Below, one piece after another: positions 17,700-26,681 of a stretch of DNA of 35,303 nucleotides (position 1 is its first letter; each line of letters opens with the position of its first letter). Position numbers and translations under genes: made by a program. The stretch is from Promethearchaeia archaeon (GTDB lineage: Archaea > Asgardarchaeota > Lokiarchaeia > Sigyniarchaeales > SOKP01): the NCBI GenBank assembly GCA_029856145.1, contig JAHQWK010000014.1:1-35303 (forward strand), read 5' to 3'. The notes beneath the pieces are model-generated. The model was not told the DNA's origin, did no database searches, and saw nothing but the letters and a program-made list of their open reading frames with translations.

Positions 17700-18008
17700 A
17701 TCGCAAAAGATAAAGTTATTGGGGCTATAGTCATGGTTGTAGGTATCCTAATCGCAATTATTTATTCCATGGGTAGCATTGTCGATTTAATGATGGATGA
17801 ACTTTTTAAAAACCCCGATTGGGATTTATGGATACGTCTATTTGATATAGATTGGCTTGACTGGAGACTTTTTGTTGTAGCACCTATGTGGCTTTTAGTA
17901 TTACTTATCTCAATCATTGCTATTTGGATTGGCTACAGTATGTTAACCACACCTGCCCCTGTTCCACTCGAAGAATTGGAAGAGGAGCTAGCTGCTGAAG
18001 AAGATTAA
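17700..18008 (+). CDS. Small conserved archaeal two-TM membrane protein; probable start is ATC 17700 (track start is ATG 17733)
   Basis: xAKDKVIGAIVMVVGILIAIIY ... IWIGYSMLTTPAPVPLEELEEE. The WIGYxMxTTP-P-P-EE pattern is one I recall from a TACK/Asgard small membrane protein family. AAGGAG at 17684-17689. Confidence 0.75.
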   Translation: MAKDKVIGAIVMVVGILIAIIYSMGSIVDLMMDELFKNPDWDLWIRLFDIDWLDWRLFVVAPMWLLVLLISIIAIWIGYSMLTTPAPVPLEELEEELAAEED

Positions 18009-18017
18009 TAATATAAA

Positions 18018-18034
18018 TTTTTTATTTTTTTTTT
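18018..18034 (+). terminator. Oligo-T tract, candidate archaeal intrinsic terminator
   Basis: T6-A-T10 starting about 10 nt after the stop at 18008, between convergent genes. Confidence 0.5.
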
Positions 18035-18089
18035 CCAATTTAAATATGAATTTTGCATGGAAATTATTTATTTTTCAAATTTATTTCTT

Positions 18090-19202
18090 TTAAATTAAAA
18101 CGTCTTCCAATTTATAGGCAATAACAGTCCCGTCATCATGACAACAAAATAGTAATCTTTTTTCTATAATGAATCGAATCGCATTTAAACAAGAATTATT
18201 AGTTTTATTGAAAAGTATTCTTCCTGTTTTTTCTTCAATAATTATAAGCTCCCCTTTAGTAGTACCAGCACAAATAAGAATATTATCATAAATTTCTATT
18301 ATATGCAGACATTCAATGTTGAATCCTTTTAATTCCCATTTAACTTCGAAAAATTCGCTTAAACAGATTAGATTTGATGAAAAACTTATTTTTTGAAGTG
18401 GCAATGAATTATTAAAATAATCAAAGGAATAAGAACTTATAATAGCATTATTGAAAGTTGGAAAGGGGTAAGATATACATTTCCATATATAATCTTTAAA
18501 TTCTTTTGTTTTGAATTCAGTTTGTGTCTTTTTATTTATGAAATGTAATTTCTTGTCATCACCACCGCATAATACCACCCCTCCTTTAAATGAATTTAGA
18601 TAACAAACACTACGTATTTTATTAGAAAATTTTTTGAACCACAGCAGTTTTCCATTGACACCATTAAAAGTTCGTATCGTGCCATCGTTTCCCCCGGCCA
18701 ATATTATTTTTTTGTCGTTTATAAAAATAGTCACATCTCCTATGCCATCTTGAAAAACTTGTCCCCATATTAAGTTGCCGTTTAATGAATTTAAAACTCT
18801 TATTGTTTTATCAAGAGAAAACGCTATTATTTCACTAATATTATCATTATTAATATCTTCTATAAGAATTCCACTAATAGAGGCGTTAAAATTATGATTC
18901 CACAAACTTTCTAAATCATACGTTAAACTACATTTGAATGTTCTTAATAGTCCATCCATTCCTCCTAAGATTAATTCAGACTTTCCATCATTATCAATAT
19001 CAAATATTTTTAAATGCCAAATTGGTATATCTTTCGAAATTACTTCTTGATGCATTATCTTGCCATTTAAAGATAAGAATAATAACATTCCAGTTCTAGT
19101 GTAGGCAATAATTTCTACTTGCTCATCATTATTAATATCACCTAACTCAATTCCAAGAATAGGATCAGCATATTTAAAATTCCAGATCTCTTTAGCTATC
19201 AA
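18090..19202 (-). CDS. FG-GAP/WD40-like beta-propeller protein
   Basis: Repeated blades GDINNDEQVEII, DIDNDGKSELILGGMDGLLRTF, EDINNDNISEIIAFSLDKTIRVL, ILAGGNDGTIRTF, LCGGDDKKLHF, CHDDGTVIAY. Confidence 0.8.
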   Translation of the reverse strand: MIAKEIWNFKYADPILGIELGDINNDEQVEIIAYTRTGMLLFLSLNGKIMHQEVISKDIPIWHLKIFDIDNDGKSELILGGMDGLLRTFKCSLTYDLESLWNHNFNASISGILIEDINNDNISEIIAFSLDKTIRVLNSLNGNLIWGQVFQDGIGDVTIFINDKKIILAGGNDGTIRTFNGVNGKLLWFKKFSNKIRSVCYLNSFKGGVVLCGGDDKKLHFINKKTQTEFKTKEFKDYIWKCISYPFPTFNNAIISSYSFDYFNNSLPLQKISFSSNLICLSEFFEVKWELKGFNIECLHIIEIYDNILICAGTTKGELIIIEEKTGRILFNKTNNSCLNAIRFIIEKRLLFCCHDDGTVIAYKLEDVLI

Positions 19203-19375
19203 GGTGAACTAATAATTAACTATTGAAAAAATAGGTTTAGGTTTAAAAAATAATAATTAATTGATAACTTTTCTTAATAAGAACGAAATTTATATTTTTT
19301 ATATTATTATCAAAGTTAGGATTATTATAAAATAATCAAAAATTTAGATATAAGAACAGAAAGGAGTTAAAAACA

Positions 19376-19573
19376 ATGTCCTTTGACATAAAGCTAGATA
19401 TGGATGCTTGTACTGGATGCGGTACATGCTATGAAGTATGCCCTTCTGAATGCTTTGGTGAACCTGAGGGAGACAAAGTAAACATTATAGAAGAAAACAG
19501 GGAAGACTGCGTAGGATGTAGGGCTTGCGAAACTCAATGTCCTGAAGAGGCAATAGAGATTATAGAAAACTAA
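19376..19573 (+). CDS. 2x[4Fe-4S] ferredoxin
   Basis: CTGCGTCYEVCP and CVGCRACETQCP; AAGGAG RBS at 19361-19366. Confidence 0.95.
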   Translation: MSFDIKLDMDACTGCGTCYEVCPSECFGEPEGDKVNIIEENREDCVGCRACETQCPEEAIEIIEN

Positions 19574-19594
19574 CTTTTAGAACCAGTAATCATA

Positions 19595-19607
19595 TTTTCT
19601 TTTTTTT
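19595..19607 (+). terminator. Oligo-T tract after ferredoxin
   Basis: TTTTCTTTTTTTT about 20 nt after the stop, between convergent genes. Confidence 0.5.
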
Positions 19608-19647
19608 ATTTATTATTGAGTACTTTTCTTTTAAGAAATTTCAATAT

Positions 19648-20778
19648 TTACCATAATAATATTCTACCACACTTTTTACATATACCTTCATTGATTTGTG
19701 AATTAATACAATTTTCATGGTATGGAGCCTTGCATGCTTGACAAAGGTAAATTTTTCCTTTATATTCTGTAAAATCGTACTCACAATAAATACATTTATT
19801 AGCGTAGGAAAAGTCTGCACTATTTATATTTGCTTCAATTATTTGAGAAGTTTCAGTTAAACCGCTCCCTCCCGTAGAAGGTGTTAAATAATCGGCTTGT
19901 TGGGGTGGTGAAACCCATTGTTCTTCTAAAGGAGGTTGATATTGTTGTTGAGGTTGAGCATGAGGTGTCTGCCAATCAGAAACATATCCTGGTGTTGATA
20001 CTTTTGAAATACCCATTTTTTGGGACACTTTCTCATCTAAAATATTGGTAAGAATTAGAGCAGAGGCATACTTCCCTTTAGCTCCACCTTTTTGTAAATG
20101 AGTATGGCTGATCATGTGGATTACCCGTCCCCCCTTTTTACCATAGTCAAACTCTACAAGTACAGGGGATTCGCCCCATTTTTTTTGAATTTCCCAAGAA
20201 CCAATTAACACTCTAACAGCTTGAGGGTCTAAAATTTGAATTGGAAAAGATCTAGTTTCTAACCACCATCTAAATTCACTTTTCTTAGTGTTTTTAACTG
20301 TTTGTTTTTGCCACTTGCTTTGTTGAATTTCACTTAATACCCCATCTAAAAAGGGATGATTTGGATTAATAACTTGACATGCAACTACAGCATCAGCAGT
20401 TTTTGCACGATTCCAGCGAATAAAACCAGGGAATATATTTTCAATTATACTTTGTATAGCCCAATCAGTCGTAATTAACCATCCACCATTCATTACAAAA
20501 TCTTTAACTTTTGGATAAGCTGCGTGTGGTATATCACTTCCAGGACATCCAATAAGCACAACATCATATTGAGATAAATCTTCTTTCATAATTTCTTTTT
20601 CTTTAATGACATTTTTTAATGATGCGTACATGTGCTCTATCACCTTTTTAGGTTTTTCATATCTTCCATTAACTGCTAGAATTTTTCCATGTTTTTCAAC
20701 GGCTTGCACAACATCCTTTTTATTGAGTGCTTCCATTTTACGTTTCTTTACTTCCGAATAAAGATCCTTCCAACTCAT
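19648..20778 (-). CDS. Class I glutamine-amidotransferase-like fold protein with a C-terminal C4HC3 (RING-variant/PHD-like) zinc finger
   Basis: LSQYDVVLIGCPG...VKDFVMNGGWLITTDWA, then a Q/P-rich linker, then CIYC-x13-CQAC-x4-HENC-x9-CKKC. Confidence 0.7.
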   Translation of the reverse strand: MSWKDLYSEVKKRKMEALNKKDVVQAVEKHGKILAVNGRYEKPKKVIEHMYASLKNVIKEKEIMKEDLSQYDVVLIGCPGSDIPHAAYPKVKDFVMNGGWLITTDWAIQSIIENIFPGFIRWNRAKTADAVVACQVINPNHPFLDGVLSEIQQSKWQKQTVKNTKKSEFRWWLETRSFPIQILDPQAVRVLIGSWEIQKKWGESPVLVEFDYGKKGGRVIHMISHTHLQKGGAKGKYASALILTNILDEKVSQKMGISKVSTPGYVSDWQTPHAQPQQQYQPPLEEQWVSPPQQADYLTPSTGGSGLTETSQIIEANINSADFSYANKCIYCEYDFTEYKGKIYLCQACKAPYHENCINSQINEGICKKCGRILLW

Positions 20779-20874
20779 TTGATCAGCCTTTAAATAAAGT
20801 TATAAGGAATTTAGTGTTATTTTATAATTATTATAAATGAATTAATATATATATTTTGATTAAAAGGGATAATT

Positions 20875-22371
20875 TTGATAAATTTAAAAGATTTAGGACA
20901 ACCTTTTGAGTTTTGGGAATATTTCGAAAAAGTTTCTAAAATTCCTCGATGCTCTGAGCATGAAGAGAAAATTAGAACCTTTATAAAAGAAGAATCAGAG
21001 AGATTGGGTTTTAAAAATAAGATTGATTCTGTTGGAAATCTTTTAATCAGTATTCCAGCTAAATCAAAACAAATAAAAAATGGCGTTCTACAATGCCATA
21101 TGGACATGGTCTGTGAAAAAAATGAATCCGTAACTCATGATTTTTCAAAAGATCCATTAAAATTAAAAATTGAAGAATTAAATAATGAAAAATGGATTAC
21201 AGCTGAAGGAACTACTCTAGGTGCAGATAATGGTGTAGGGATATGTTATATGTTAACTCTAATGAAAAAAATTCAGAAAGGAGAATTAATTTTTAATTCA
21301 TTAGGATTAGATTTATTGTTTACAGTAGATGAAGAACAAGGCTTACGAGGCGCATTTGCGGTTGAAAAAGATTTTTTAGATGGAGACTTTCTTATAAACC
21401 TTGACTCTGAAGAAGATGACGCTGTAACCATAGGATGTGCTGGTGGTCTTGTTCACATAATAAAAATAAAAAAAGAATCAATAAACATTAATCTTCGAGA
21501 TAAAAAATTCATACCAATAAAAATTTTTATTTCTGGGTTATCAGGAGGCCACTCTGGAGTAGATATTCATTTAGGGAGAGGGAACGCATTAAAAATAATT
21601 GGACAAATTCTCTGGAAATTAAATGAAAAATATTCAATTCATATTTGTTCAATAGATGGAGGTAATCGAACTAATGCGATACCTAGAGAGGCAACTTCTA
21701 TCTTTTATATTGAAAAAAACAAGACATCAGAGATTTTCAATTTTATTGATATGGTTTTTAATGAAATAAAAGTGCTTTTTGATGGTATTGAACCTAATTT
21801 GGAGTTATCCATTAAAGAATTAGAAGATTATACCAATAACATCGTTATGTTAAAAAATCTTCAAGAAAATCTATTAAATATTATGTACCTAATACATAAC
21901 GGTCCTATCTCAATGCACCCTCGAATAAAAGAGTTGGTATTTTCATCCTCTAATTTTGGCGTAATATCAACTGGAGATGATGATATAGAAATCAAATTAA
22001 GCCAAAGAAGTTTAAGTGAATATTTTAAATATGTAATCTGGGAGAAAAATAAGGCTCTATTTGAGTTAAGTGATTTAAAAATTAATATAAAAAAAGATTC
22101 TGATTATCCAGGGTGGACACCAAATTTTCAATCCAAACTGTTAGCGAACTATAAGGAAGCATATAAAGAAATTTTTAAAGATGACATAAAAATTAAAGCA
22201 ATTCATGCTGGTTTAGAGTGTGGAATTCTAAAAAAAAAGTTTCCTCAAATGGAAATGATTTCAGTTGGACCTAAAAACGAAGGTGCTCATTCTCCAGATG
22301 AAAAATTAGAAGTTAAATCTGTTGAAAAGGTATGGAAAGTATTACTTACTTTACTTAAAAAATTAAGTTAG
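20875..22371 (+). CDS. pepD: Aminoacyl-histidine dipeptidase, M20C family
   Basis: LQCHMDMVCEK, GTTLGADNGVG, FTVDEEQG, INLDSEE, GGHSGVDIHLGRGNA, IHAGLECG, AHSPDE. Confidence 0.95.
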   Translation: MINLKDLGQPFEFWEYFEKVSKIPRCSEHEEKIRTFIKEESERLGFKNKIDSVGNLLISIPAKSKQIKNGVLQCHMDMVCEKNESVTHDFSKDPLKLKIEELNNEKWITAEGTTLGADNGVGICYMLTLMKKIQKGELIFNSLGLDLLFTVDEEQGLRGAFAVEKDFLDGDFLINLDSEEDDAVTIGCAGGLVHIIKIKKESININLRDKKFIPIKIFISGLSGGHSGVDIHLGRGNALKIIGQILWKLNEKYSIHICSIDGGNRTNAIPREATSIFYIEKNKTSEIFNFIDMVFNEIKVLFDGIEPNLELSIKELEDYTNNIVMLKNLQENLLNIMYLIHNGPISMHPRIKELVFSSSNFGVISTGDDDIEIKLSQRSLSEYFKYVIWEKNKALFELSDLKINIKKDSDYPGWTPNFQSKLLANYKEAYKEIFKDDIKIKAIHAGLECGILKKKFPQMEMISVGPKNEGAHSPDEKLEVKSVEKVWKVLLTLLKKLS

Positions 22372-22440
22372 AAAATTATATATTATTAGAAATTAATTGA
22401 AAAAATTAATAAATTTAATTTAATAATTATTTTATAATTT

Positions 22441-22944
22441 ATGCAAAAAAACGTATCTAAGAAAGAGGAAATTATTGGTTCTGAAACAGTTATAGAAAAA
22501 ATTAGAACTAAAACCCCTTGGATTTTCGGAAATTCATTAAGAAAACCAAAAATTAGTTTTCCGAAAATGAAGCTTCCAAGAATTTCCCTTCCAATGCCAT
22601 CAAGATCTTTAAGTATGGTAGCTATCCTTATAATCTTATTTGTTCTTCAAATGGGAGTAGTCTATTTAATAGTGAGAGAACCATCCGCGCTTGGGGCAAC
22701 TCAAAAAGGAGATCCTGTATTCATCTATCAAGATATTCACGACAGTTTTATTATAGAAAGTATTGCTGCATCCGTTTTGATTCTTTTTTGTTCAATAGGA
22801 TTTATTATGCTTTATCAGGCTTCTAAATATGTATATAATAAAAAAATGGCAATCTGGATTTTAGTAATTGGACTTTTGATGATTATTATTACCTTTATAT
22901 TGCTTCAATATATGATTGGTGTTAAAGCAGGAACTATTGATTAA
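22441..22944 (+). CDS. Oligosaccharyltransferase accessory subunit, OSTC/DC2 (OST3/OST6 family)-like
   Basis: Three TM helices. MPSRSL...GVVYLIVREPSALG...PVFI...FIIESIAASVL...SIGFIML parallels the eukaryotic DC2 pattern MPS...GIIYDVIVEPPSVG...PVAF...YIMEGLASSFL...LGFIIL as I recall it. Confidence 0.8.
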   Translation: MQKNVSKKEEIIGSETVIEKIRTKTPWIFGNSLRKPKISFPKMKLPRISLPMPSRSLSMVAILIILFVLQMGVVYLIVREPSALGATQKGDPVFIYQDIHDSFIIESIAASVLILFCSIGFIMLYQASKYVYNKKMAIWILVIGLLMIIITFILLQYMIGVKAGTID

Positions 22945-22987
22945 TTCCATTTGATTAATGAATCTACTGAATTTATTTATATATATT

Positions 22988-23001
22988 AAAAAAAAGAAAA
23001 A
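22988..23001 (-). terminator. Oligo-T tract (minus strand) after gcvH
   Basis: A8-G-A5 on the plus strand, downstream of the gcvH stop. Confidence 0.4.
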
Positions 23002-23037
23002 GTATTTTTAAAAAATATAAAGTTAAATATTTTAATA

Positions 23038-23430
23038 TTACCCTATAAATGCATTATATCCTGCTTCATCTAATAAATTACCCTTTTCTGCATCCCAATT
23101 TGATGTCTCGATTTTAAAAAGCCAAGCTGCAAAAGCGTCTTCATTAATTTTTTCTGGCTCATCCATCAAATCTGAATTAATTTCAGTTACACTACCGCTT
23201 ACAGGTGAATATATATCACCAACAGCCTTGCTTGATTCAACTGTGCAATCAATTGGATCACTTGAAGGTTCATCTCCATCCATTTTTACTTGTTCAAGTT
23301 CAACACCTTCAAGACCTTCTACATCAACAAAGCTGATTTCTCCAAGCTGTTCTGCTGCATAAGGAGTAAGTCCAACCATTTTGGTCGCATCATCAAACCA
23401 TTGATGTGTTTTAGTAAACCATTTAGCCAT
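23038..23430 (-). CDS. gcvH: Glycine cleavage system H protein (lipoyl carrier)
   Basis: FTKTHQW, VGLTPYAAEQLGEISFV, lipoyl-Lys motif VESSKAVGDIYSPVSG, PEKINED, WLFKI. Confidence 0.93.
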   Translation of the reverse strand: MAKWFTKTHQWFDDATKMVGLTPYAAEQLGEISFVDVEGLEGVELEQVKMDGDEPSSDPIDCTVESSKAVGDIYSPVSGSVTEINSDLMDEPEKINEDAFAAWLFKIETSNWDAEKGNLLDEAGYNAFIG

Positions 23431-23556
23431 TTTTATCTAACTCTTTTTTACTTAATTATGAATTCTAATAATATTGAATTAAATAGTATGTTTTTATTAA
23501 TTAAGGTAATATTTAAAATTTTATTATTGAGATTTTTAATTAAATGATCTAAAAAG

Positions 23557-24384
23557 ATGGATTCTAAACTAAAGGATCAATTAGATTTCTACGATGAATT
23601 TAAGGATTGGTATTTTCAAATAATAAATAACTTTAAATTTAGTTATCAAAAGGATTGTGAAGCTAGGGATTATTTATCATATTTGTTATCTAAAAAAAAC
23701 CAGAATTGGAGCTTAGAGAAAATTTTAAATTTATTTAGAAATAGAATATCGTCAAAACAAGCAATTGCAGTTTATGGGTGTGGACCATCATTAGAAAATA
23801 CTATTGAAATTATCTTGAAAAGAAAGGGGTTAAAATTCTTCAATAGATTTATTAATTTAACTGCAGATGGTGCTTCAGTTCTGTTAAGGGAAAAAGGAAT
23901 TAAAATCGATGCGATTTTTACTGATCTGGATGGTATAACTAAAAATGAATTCCAATTTACTATTTTCAATATAGTTCATGCACATGGAGATAATATTAAA
24001 ATTTTAAAATTTTTTGAGAATGAAATAATAAAATTCAAAAACATTATAGGAACGACCCAAGTAAAACCAGTGACAAATTTGATAAACTCTGGAGGATTTA
24101 CTGATGGAGATCGAATACTTTATTTTGTACGTACGTTATTATCTTCATTTCATAAATTATTTCTCATAGGAATGGATTTTGGAAGTGTAATAGGTAAATA
24201 TTCAAAATTGGATATAAAAAGAAATCAAAAGGCAAGCCTTGAAAAAATTAAAAAACTCAATTACGCTATGGAATTAATAAAGTGGGTAAAAAAAAAGATA
24301 AAAAATGAAATATATTTTGTGAATTCTGAGTTTATATCTGAAGATTTTGTAAGACTTTCAATAGAAGAATTTTTAAAATTCTAA
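23557..24384 (+). CDS. mptE: 6-hydroxymethyl-7,8-dihydropterin pyrophosphokinase (DUF115/MptE)
   Basis: VYGCGPSL, TADGA, IFTDLDG, VHAHGDNI, GTTQ, GGFTDGDR, LIGMDFG. Confidence 0.9.
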   Translation: MDSKLKDQLDFYDEFKDWYFQIINNFKFSYQKDCEARDYLSYLLSKKNQNWSLEKILNLFRNRISSKQAIAVYGCGPSLENTIEIILKRKGLKFFNRFINLTADGASVLLREKGIKIDAIFTDLDGITKNEFQFTIFNIVHAHGDNIKILKFFENEIIKFKNIIGTTQVKPVTNLINSGGFTDGDRILYFVRTLLSSFHKLFLIGMDFGSVIGKYSKLDIKRNQKASLEKIKKLNYAMELIKWVKKKIKNEIYFVNSEFISEDFVRLSIEEFLKF

Positions 24385-24395
24385 TATCTCAAAAA

Positions 24396-25223
24396 TTAAA
24401 TTTTATAATCTTGAATTCCCAAAGATGTAATTTTGTAGAGTAATCTTTTTTCAGGAAGTCTTAAAGAATTTACTAGTTGAACGTATCTTTTATCTTGTTC
24501 TTGATAGTCCAGATATATATATTCCGAAAAATATTGATTCAATAATTGGTTACCACCTGGTAGTACTCGAATCGAGGTTTCTCGAATTATATTTGAGATT
24601 ACTTGAGCTGTTGTTATTGTAATCAAATTATATTCTTTAGTAAGCTGATTAATTTTATCTAAAACCTTTAAAAAAGTTGTTTTAGTTTTATTTGGAGAAA
24701 TTCTCTTATTTGCTAATTCAGAATTATAATGGTTATTTATTGTGTCAATAATTAGGATATTAATATTATTTATTTCTAAAAAATTTTCAAGCGTTTTTAA
24801 GGATAATAACATAGCAGAATTACTCATAATTTTTGAAACAAGAATATTTCTAAGTAATTCATTATATTCAACTTCACTCTTTAGAATTAGTTCCTTTATT
24901 CGTTCAGGACGAAAAGTATTTTCTGTATCAAAATAAAATATAAATTGACGCCTTCTCTGTTCATAACTTTCGAAAATTTTAGAGAACTGAATATACGCTT
25001 GAAAACATAATTGATGGCATAATTGGGTCTTTCCGGTTTTATTTGCTCCAAAAATCAAATATTTCTTTCGTGAGCGAAACCCACCTCCTAAAGTTTCATC
25101 AAAACTTTTTGCTCCTGTATGTAAAACATATTTTTGTTTTTCTAAAACTTCGAATTCATCAATAATTTCTTTTTTTTTAATTATTTGTAGATGATTGATT
25201 TCTAATATTTCACTAATAGTCAT
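24396..25223 (-). CDS. RadA/Rad51 paralog (ATPase core only)
   Basis: TGAKSFDETLGGG, Walker A GANKTGKTQLCHQL, FDTENTFRPERI, Walker B LIIDT, KITSLGIQD. Lacks the N-terminal HhH domain of RadA. Confidence 0.88.
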   Translation of the reverse strand: MTISEILEINHLQIIKKKEIIDEFEVLEKQKYVLHTGAKSFDETLGGGFRSRKKYLIFGANKTGKTQLCHQLCFQAYIQFSKIFESYEQRRRQFIFYFDTENTFRPERIKELILKSEVEYNELLRNILVSKIMSNSAMLLSLKTLENFLEINNINILIIDTINNHYNSELANKRISPNKTKTTFLKVLDKINQLTKEYNLITITTAQVISNIIRETSIRVLPGGNQLLNQYFSEYIYLDYQEQDKRYVQLVNSLRLPEKRLLYKITSLGIQDYKI

Positions 25224-25417
25224 TAATATTTATTATTGAAATCTCTAGTATTAATACACTTTGATTTTACTAATATAAGATACACTAAGAATTTGTAAGA
25301 AATTTGAAGAAAATCGAAAGATTAATTTTAAAATATTCATAAAGATTATATCATAGTGCTTTTAATTATATTAATTTTCAATTAATTATCAGAAAATCAC
25401 GTTAATATCAAATAAAT

Positions 25418-26014
25418 ATGGCAAAGAAGAAAAAAGAAACATGTCCTTATTGTGGAAAGAGTTTTGCTTATCTGTCTCGTCATAAATGTAAGATTAAAGA
25501 GCGTGTTGAGGGTCCTTTAGAAGAGAAGTCAGATGTTGAGAGAAGAAGCGAAAGAATAGAAGAAAAAAAGAAGGAATTCAACCGAAACTTACGAAAAGAT
25601 GAAAAAACAGTTCTTAATATAATAAACCGAGAAAAAGATATATTATTTGATAGGTTAATGGGTCTAAGTAATAAAAAACGAAATGATCTAGAAGAGATAT
25701 TAGAATTATTAGTATTACAGTCAAAAATAAAAATGAAACGGGAATTAGTTGATGCTTCATGGACTAAACATGTTTATGCTCTTGAGGAAATTGAAGCAAA
25801 AGTAAAAGATCTAAAAATTAATAAAAATAGAAACGATTTTATTTGGATAATGTTTTCAAAACAACCATGTTTTATTTGTCCTTTTCGGGAGAAATGCAAT
25901 GATACTAATCTAGACCAATTTAATCCTCAACATTGTCCATGGTTAACAGAATGGATTGAAATGGCTTCAAAAGGAGAAGACTATAGTATTAATTTTGATG
26001 AGATTAAATCATGA
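25418..26014 (+). CDS. TFEbeta / RPC34(RPC6)-like transcription factor with an additional N-terminal Zn-finger motif
   Basis: C-terminal PCFICPFREKC-x12-CPWLTEWI matches the RPC34/TFEbeta Fe-S motif. Central winged-helix-like region. N-terminal CPYCGKSFAYLSRHKC. Confidence 0.8.
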   Translation: MAKKKKETCPYCGKSFAYLSRHKCKIKERVEGPLEEKSDVERRSERIEEKKKEFNRNLRKDEKTVLNIINREKDILFDRLMGLSNKKRNDLEEILELLVLQSKIKMKRELVDASWTKHVYALEEIEAKVKDLKINKNRNDFIWIMFSKQPCFICPFREKCNDTNLDQFNPQHCPWLTEWIEMASKGEDYSINFDEIKS

Positions 26015-26029
26015 ATTCAAAATATGTAA

Positions 26030-26647
26030 TTAAATTTTATTTAAACCCACTAGAAAAATTTCATTACTTTTTTTTTTAGATGATTTCGGCTTATAAGATT
26101 TTAAAAATCTAAACATATACTTCATTTTTCTTGTAAAGTTATCAAAATCAGAACCTTGGAAAGCTTTGATAACCAAATTACCTTTATATTTCAGGTTTGT
26201 TTCTACTAATTTCAATATTTCATTGCAAAGTCTTATTTGTCTAATATTATCTGTGAATTTATTACCTGTCTTCTTTATAGATGCATCTGATAAGATTAAA
26301 TCTAATTTATTTTTAAAGAAAGAATCAATTTGCTCTTGTATTTCTAATTTGGTAAGATCCGCTTTAATAATGATAATACTTTCAATTGGAGATACTTTCT
26401 TGATATCAACACCCATTATTTTGTAGTGATCTCGATGATAAAATTGATCTTTATACTTAATTAAATTTTCTTCGGCAAATTTTTTAGCTACCTGCAACCA
26501 TGAACCAGGAGCGCATCCTAAATCTAATATATAAAATGCTCTTTTAAAGATGTTAAACCTTTTTTGAATATCGAATAATTTATATGCTGATCTTGCCCGG
26601 AAACTTTCTTTTTTTGCCTGTCTGTAAAATGATTCTTGTTTATGCAA
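26030..26647 (-). CDS. rlmE: 23S rRNA 2'-O-methyltransferase RlmE/FtsJ
   Basis: FRARSAYKL, LDLGCAPGSWLQVA, ILSDAS, VIKAFQG, KPKSSKKKSNEIF (K-D-K-E tetrad). Confidence 0.93.
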   Translation of the reverse strand: MHKQESFYRQAKKESFRARSAYKLFDIQKRFNIFKRAFYILDLGCAPGSWLQVAKKFAEENLIKYKDQFYHRDHYKIMGVDIKKVSPIESIIIIKADLTKLEIQEQIDSFFKNKLDLILSDASIKKTGNKFTDNIRQIRLCNEILKLVETNLKYKGNLVIKAFQGSDFDNFTRKMKYMFRFLKSYKPKSSKKKSNEIFLVGLNKI

Positions 26648-26681
26648 CTCTCTCTGCTATTAACTATTTTAAATTATATAA

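Noticed and set aside
23038-23430. Complete glycine cleavage operon
   Set aside because: Only the H protein is present; no T, P or L genes are in the window, and a dispersed arrangement is common in archaea.
24396-25223. Annotating this gene as the main recombinase radA
   Set aside because: It lacks the N-terminal HhH domain and has degenerate DNA-binding loops (no GRG..L..RQ motif), so it is a paralog.
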